The translations under genes were made by a program, and so were the position numbers. The notes under the pieces are model-generated. The model did no database searches and was not told the origin of the DNA. It worked only from the letters and a program-made list of their open reading frames with translations. From contig CAYZDR010000002.1 in the NCBI GenBank assembly GCA_964477425.1, positions 1 through 33,596 on the forward strand: a stretch of DNA of 33,596 nt, given 5' to 3'. Position 1 is the first letter of the stretch; every line of letters begins with the position of its first letter. Positions 31,833 through 33,596 of the stretch are shown in pieces. This DNA comes from an uncultured Candidatus Saccharibacteria bacterium. GTDB lineage: Bacteria > Patescibacteriota > Minisyncoccia > CAYZDR01.

Positions 31833-33596
31833 TTATTTATTCTCCAGAGCCGAAATTCTTTGTTCCAAAGATTGATTGTTTTTTTCTAATTCATCAATTT
31901 TATCTATTTTCTGAAAATCTTCTCCCGAAACATAATATCCTACATTAACAAATACTAATATCTCTGAGGTATTTTTATTTTCAAAACTTTCAGCTTCCAT
32001 AGCATAACCAACAATTTTGGTAGTCTGATTGGCTTTCATTCCTATACCTGGCTGAGAAGATGAAGTAATTGGATCTCCTACTTGAATAGTTCCTCCTTCA
32101 TTATTAACTTTTACAAATATTCTACCTACTAAAGCTACTGGTAGACTTTCTGTATCATCATAAAGTGATTCCCCGTTTCCTAAATGTAGTGTTGAAGTTT
32201 TACTTCCGCTAATAACTCCAATTAAATTTTCATCATTCTTCTTGGTAGTTTTACCTAATTTATCATTACTAATTAAAGATACTATTTCTCCTTCTTCTGC
32301 TTTGTCTGTTTTTATAACATCCATAAATTCTGCAACGTCAGATATGAGTCCCCCATTAACATACACGCCCCCCCCATGAGAAGTTAGTTCTATCCTATCA
32401 AGTGATCCTATAAATATATCTTTACCACTTCCCACGGAAGTCAATTTAATATCTCCTTGATTACTATATAGTTCTATACCGGCTAGGTTCGCTTCAATCC
32501 AAGTTTGCGCAGCATCTGCATTTAGACGAACCCGATTATTTGCATTTATATTTACTTCATTCTTGGTACTTACCTGTACGCCACAACCAGTTCCTACTAA
32601 GTTACCACCTTCATTTACAAACCTACTATCGCAAACATCACAAGTAGCAACTCCACCCCCTCCCGCCGTTATACATCCAACCGAATCACAAATTGTTCCG
32701 CTTGCTGTAATATCCCCACTCGCCGTCACATCCCCTTCATTAGTAAGTGTCAACACTTTATCACTATCTTCATGCCAAAAGTTTAAATCTTGTGAACCGC
32801 TATCCTGATATATTCCCCAGTGTCTGTTTGCCCCTGCTACGCTTTGTATATCTAATTCTGCATTAGTTCCAGTATCATAAATGTGTAATAGACTATTTGG
32901 TGCTGTTGTTCCTATTCCTATACTATTTGCCTTAATATTCCCATTTACATCTAATTTAGAAGAGGGGATTGCAGTTCCTATGCCGACGTTGCCATCGTTA
33001 TAAAAAATATCATTATCATGGAATACCCACGGGGGAGTCCCCGAAACTACTTCGTCGTGAGCTTCAATTAATGTAATTATAGCATCAAGACGTAGTGGTT
33101 CTAAATCTATTTCTTGACTTACTCTGGCTCTTATAGAGACAGAACCTGTTGATGCTACCAAATCAGTAACGTCTTCACTTGAAACAATATTAGCACACTT
33201 TAAAGTAGCTCCTCCACAAGCTGTAGTAGTGTAAGAAAGAGGATTAAATCTACCTATAAACTCTTCCTTAACATAATCCCAAAAATATAAATCTACATAG
33301 CTTCTTGAATCGCCGATAAAATTACCGCATACATGAAAATCTATATGTGCAGAAATCAAATCAGTATTAGGCGTACGTAAGGTGCCCATTCTAAAAGTTT
33401 CTGTTGGATCAGCGTCATAAACACAATCAGAATAATCAACATCTTTCGTTGTTTCCACTGCTTCTAATACTAATCCTCCTTCCCCTATACATCCAACCGA
33501 ATCACAAATAGTTCCACTTGCCTCTATATTCCCCGAAGCAAAAATAGCATAGCCATCTAAATTAGTCTGTTCAGCATAAATAGCTGTGCCAGCGGC
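31833..33596 (-). CDS. Large tail-fibre-like surface protein, 5' end outside the window
   Basis: The frame stays open from 33458 to the window edge (hand-translated 46 further codons, no stop). Repeats GNVGIGTAIPSSKLDVNGNI / SIGIGTTAPNSLLHI are typical of fibre-like proteins. Motif ASGTICDSVGCI occurs twice. C-terminal coiled coil ..DELEKNNQSLEQRISALENK. Confidence 0.7.
   Translation of the reverse strand, partial: AAGTAIYAEQTNLDGYAIFASGNIEASGTICDSVGCIGEGGLVLEAVETTKDVDYSDCVYDADPTETFRMGTLRTPNTDLISAHIDFHVCGNFIGDSRSYVDLYFWDYVKEEFIGRFNPLSYTTTACGGATLKCANIVSSEDVTDLVASTGSVSIRARVSQEIDLEPLRLDAIITLIEAHDEVVSGTPPWVFHDNDIFYNDGNVGIGTAIPSSKLDVNGNIKANSIGIGTTAPNSLLHIYDTGTNAELDIQSVAGANRHWGIYQDSGSQDLNFWHEDSDKVLTLTNEGDVTASGDITASGTICDSVGCITAGGGGVATCDVCDSRFVNEGGNLVGTGCGVQVSTKNEVNINANNRVRLNADAAQTWIEANLAGIELYSNQGDIKLTSVGSGKDIFIGSLDRIELTSHGGGVYVNGGLISDVAEFMDVIKTDKAEEGEIVSLISNDKLGKTTKKNDENLIGVISGSKTSTLHLGNGESLYDDTESLPVALVGRIFVKVNNEGGTIQVGDPITSSSQPGIGMKANQTTKIVGYAMEAESFENKNTSEILVFVNVGYYVSGEDFQKIDKIDELEKNNQSLEQRISALENK

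Overview
AT-rich, very gene-dense bacterial window. It uses the standard genetic code (TAA, TAG and TGA all end strong ORFs) and is almost entirely minus-strand coding up to ~28.9 kb. The housekeeping backbone is tRNA-Ser(UGA), an AI-2E permease, an M16 peptidase, glyQS, speH, tgt, recO, ddl, ileS, a GT4 glycosyltransferase, argS and smpB-ssrA(tmRNA)-infC-rpmI-rplT. A 5'-truncated tail-fibre-like surface protein sits at the right edge. Tight packing, many short repeat families and the fibre-like protein resemble a reduced-genome Patescibacteria/CPR-type organism; that placement is inference only. Between ~16.35 and ~25.98 kb lies an accessory conflict island. It holds a PanA(DUF4065)-toxin pair, RhuM, an NYN RNase, a DUF3800 protein and a TM0106-type RecB-like nuclease. 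It also holds the best candidate for an undescribed system: a tightly coupled 4-gene operon made of a DpnI-like methyl-directed nuclease, a 51-aa ORF, a minimal ABC-ATPase::DUF4435/Toprim fusion and an unplaceable 246-aa protein. Island cassettes are separated by a reused terminator-hairpin plus ~69-bp promoter module. A MerR-HTH::GHKL-ATPase + STAS(DUF4325) pair and a HEPN/MNT pair are embedded in the ileS-ddl operon. Several short repeat families occur: 7-mer arrays, 8-mer arrays, GC-rich repeats, a ~220-bp palindromic MITE-like element, and REP-like hairpins beside a Y1-transposase remnant. At least three repeat copies sit in frame inside tgt and ileS. No rRNA, CRISPR array, integrase or recombinase was seen. 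All family calls come from motif recognition by eye; no database or structure search was run.
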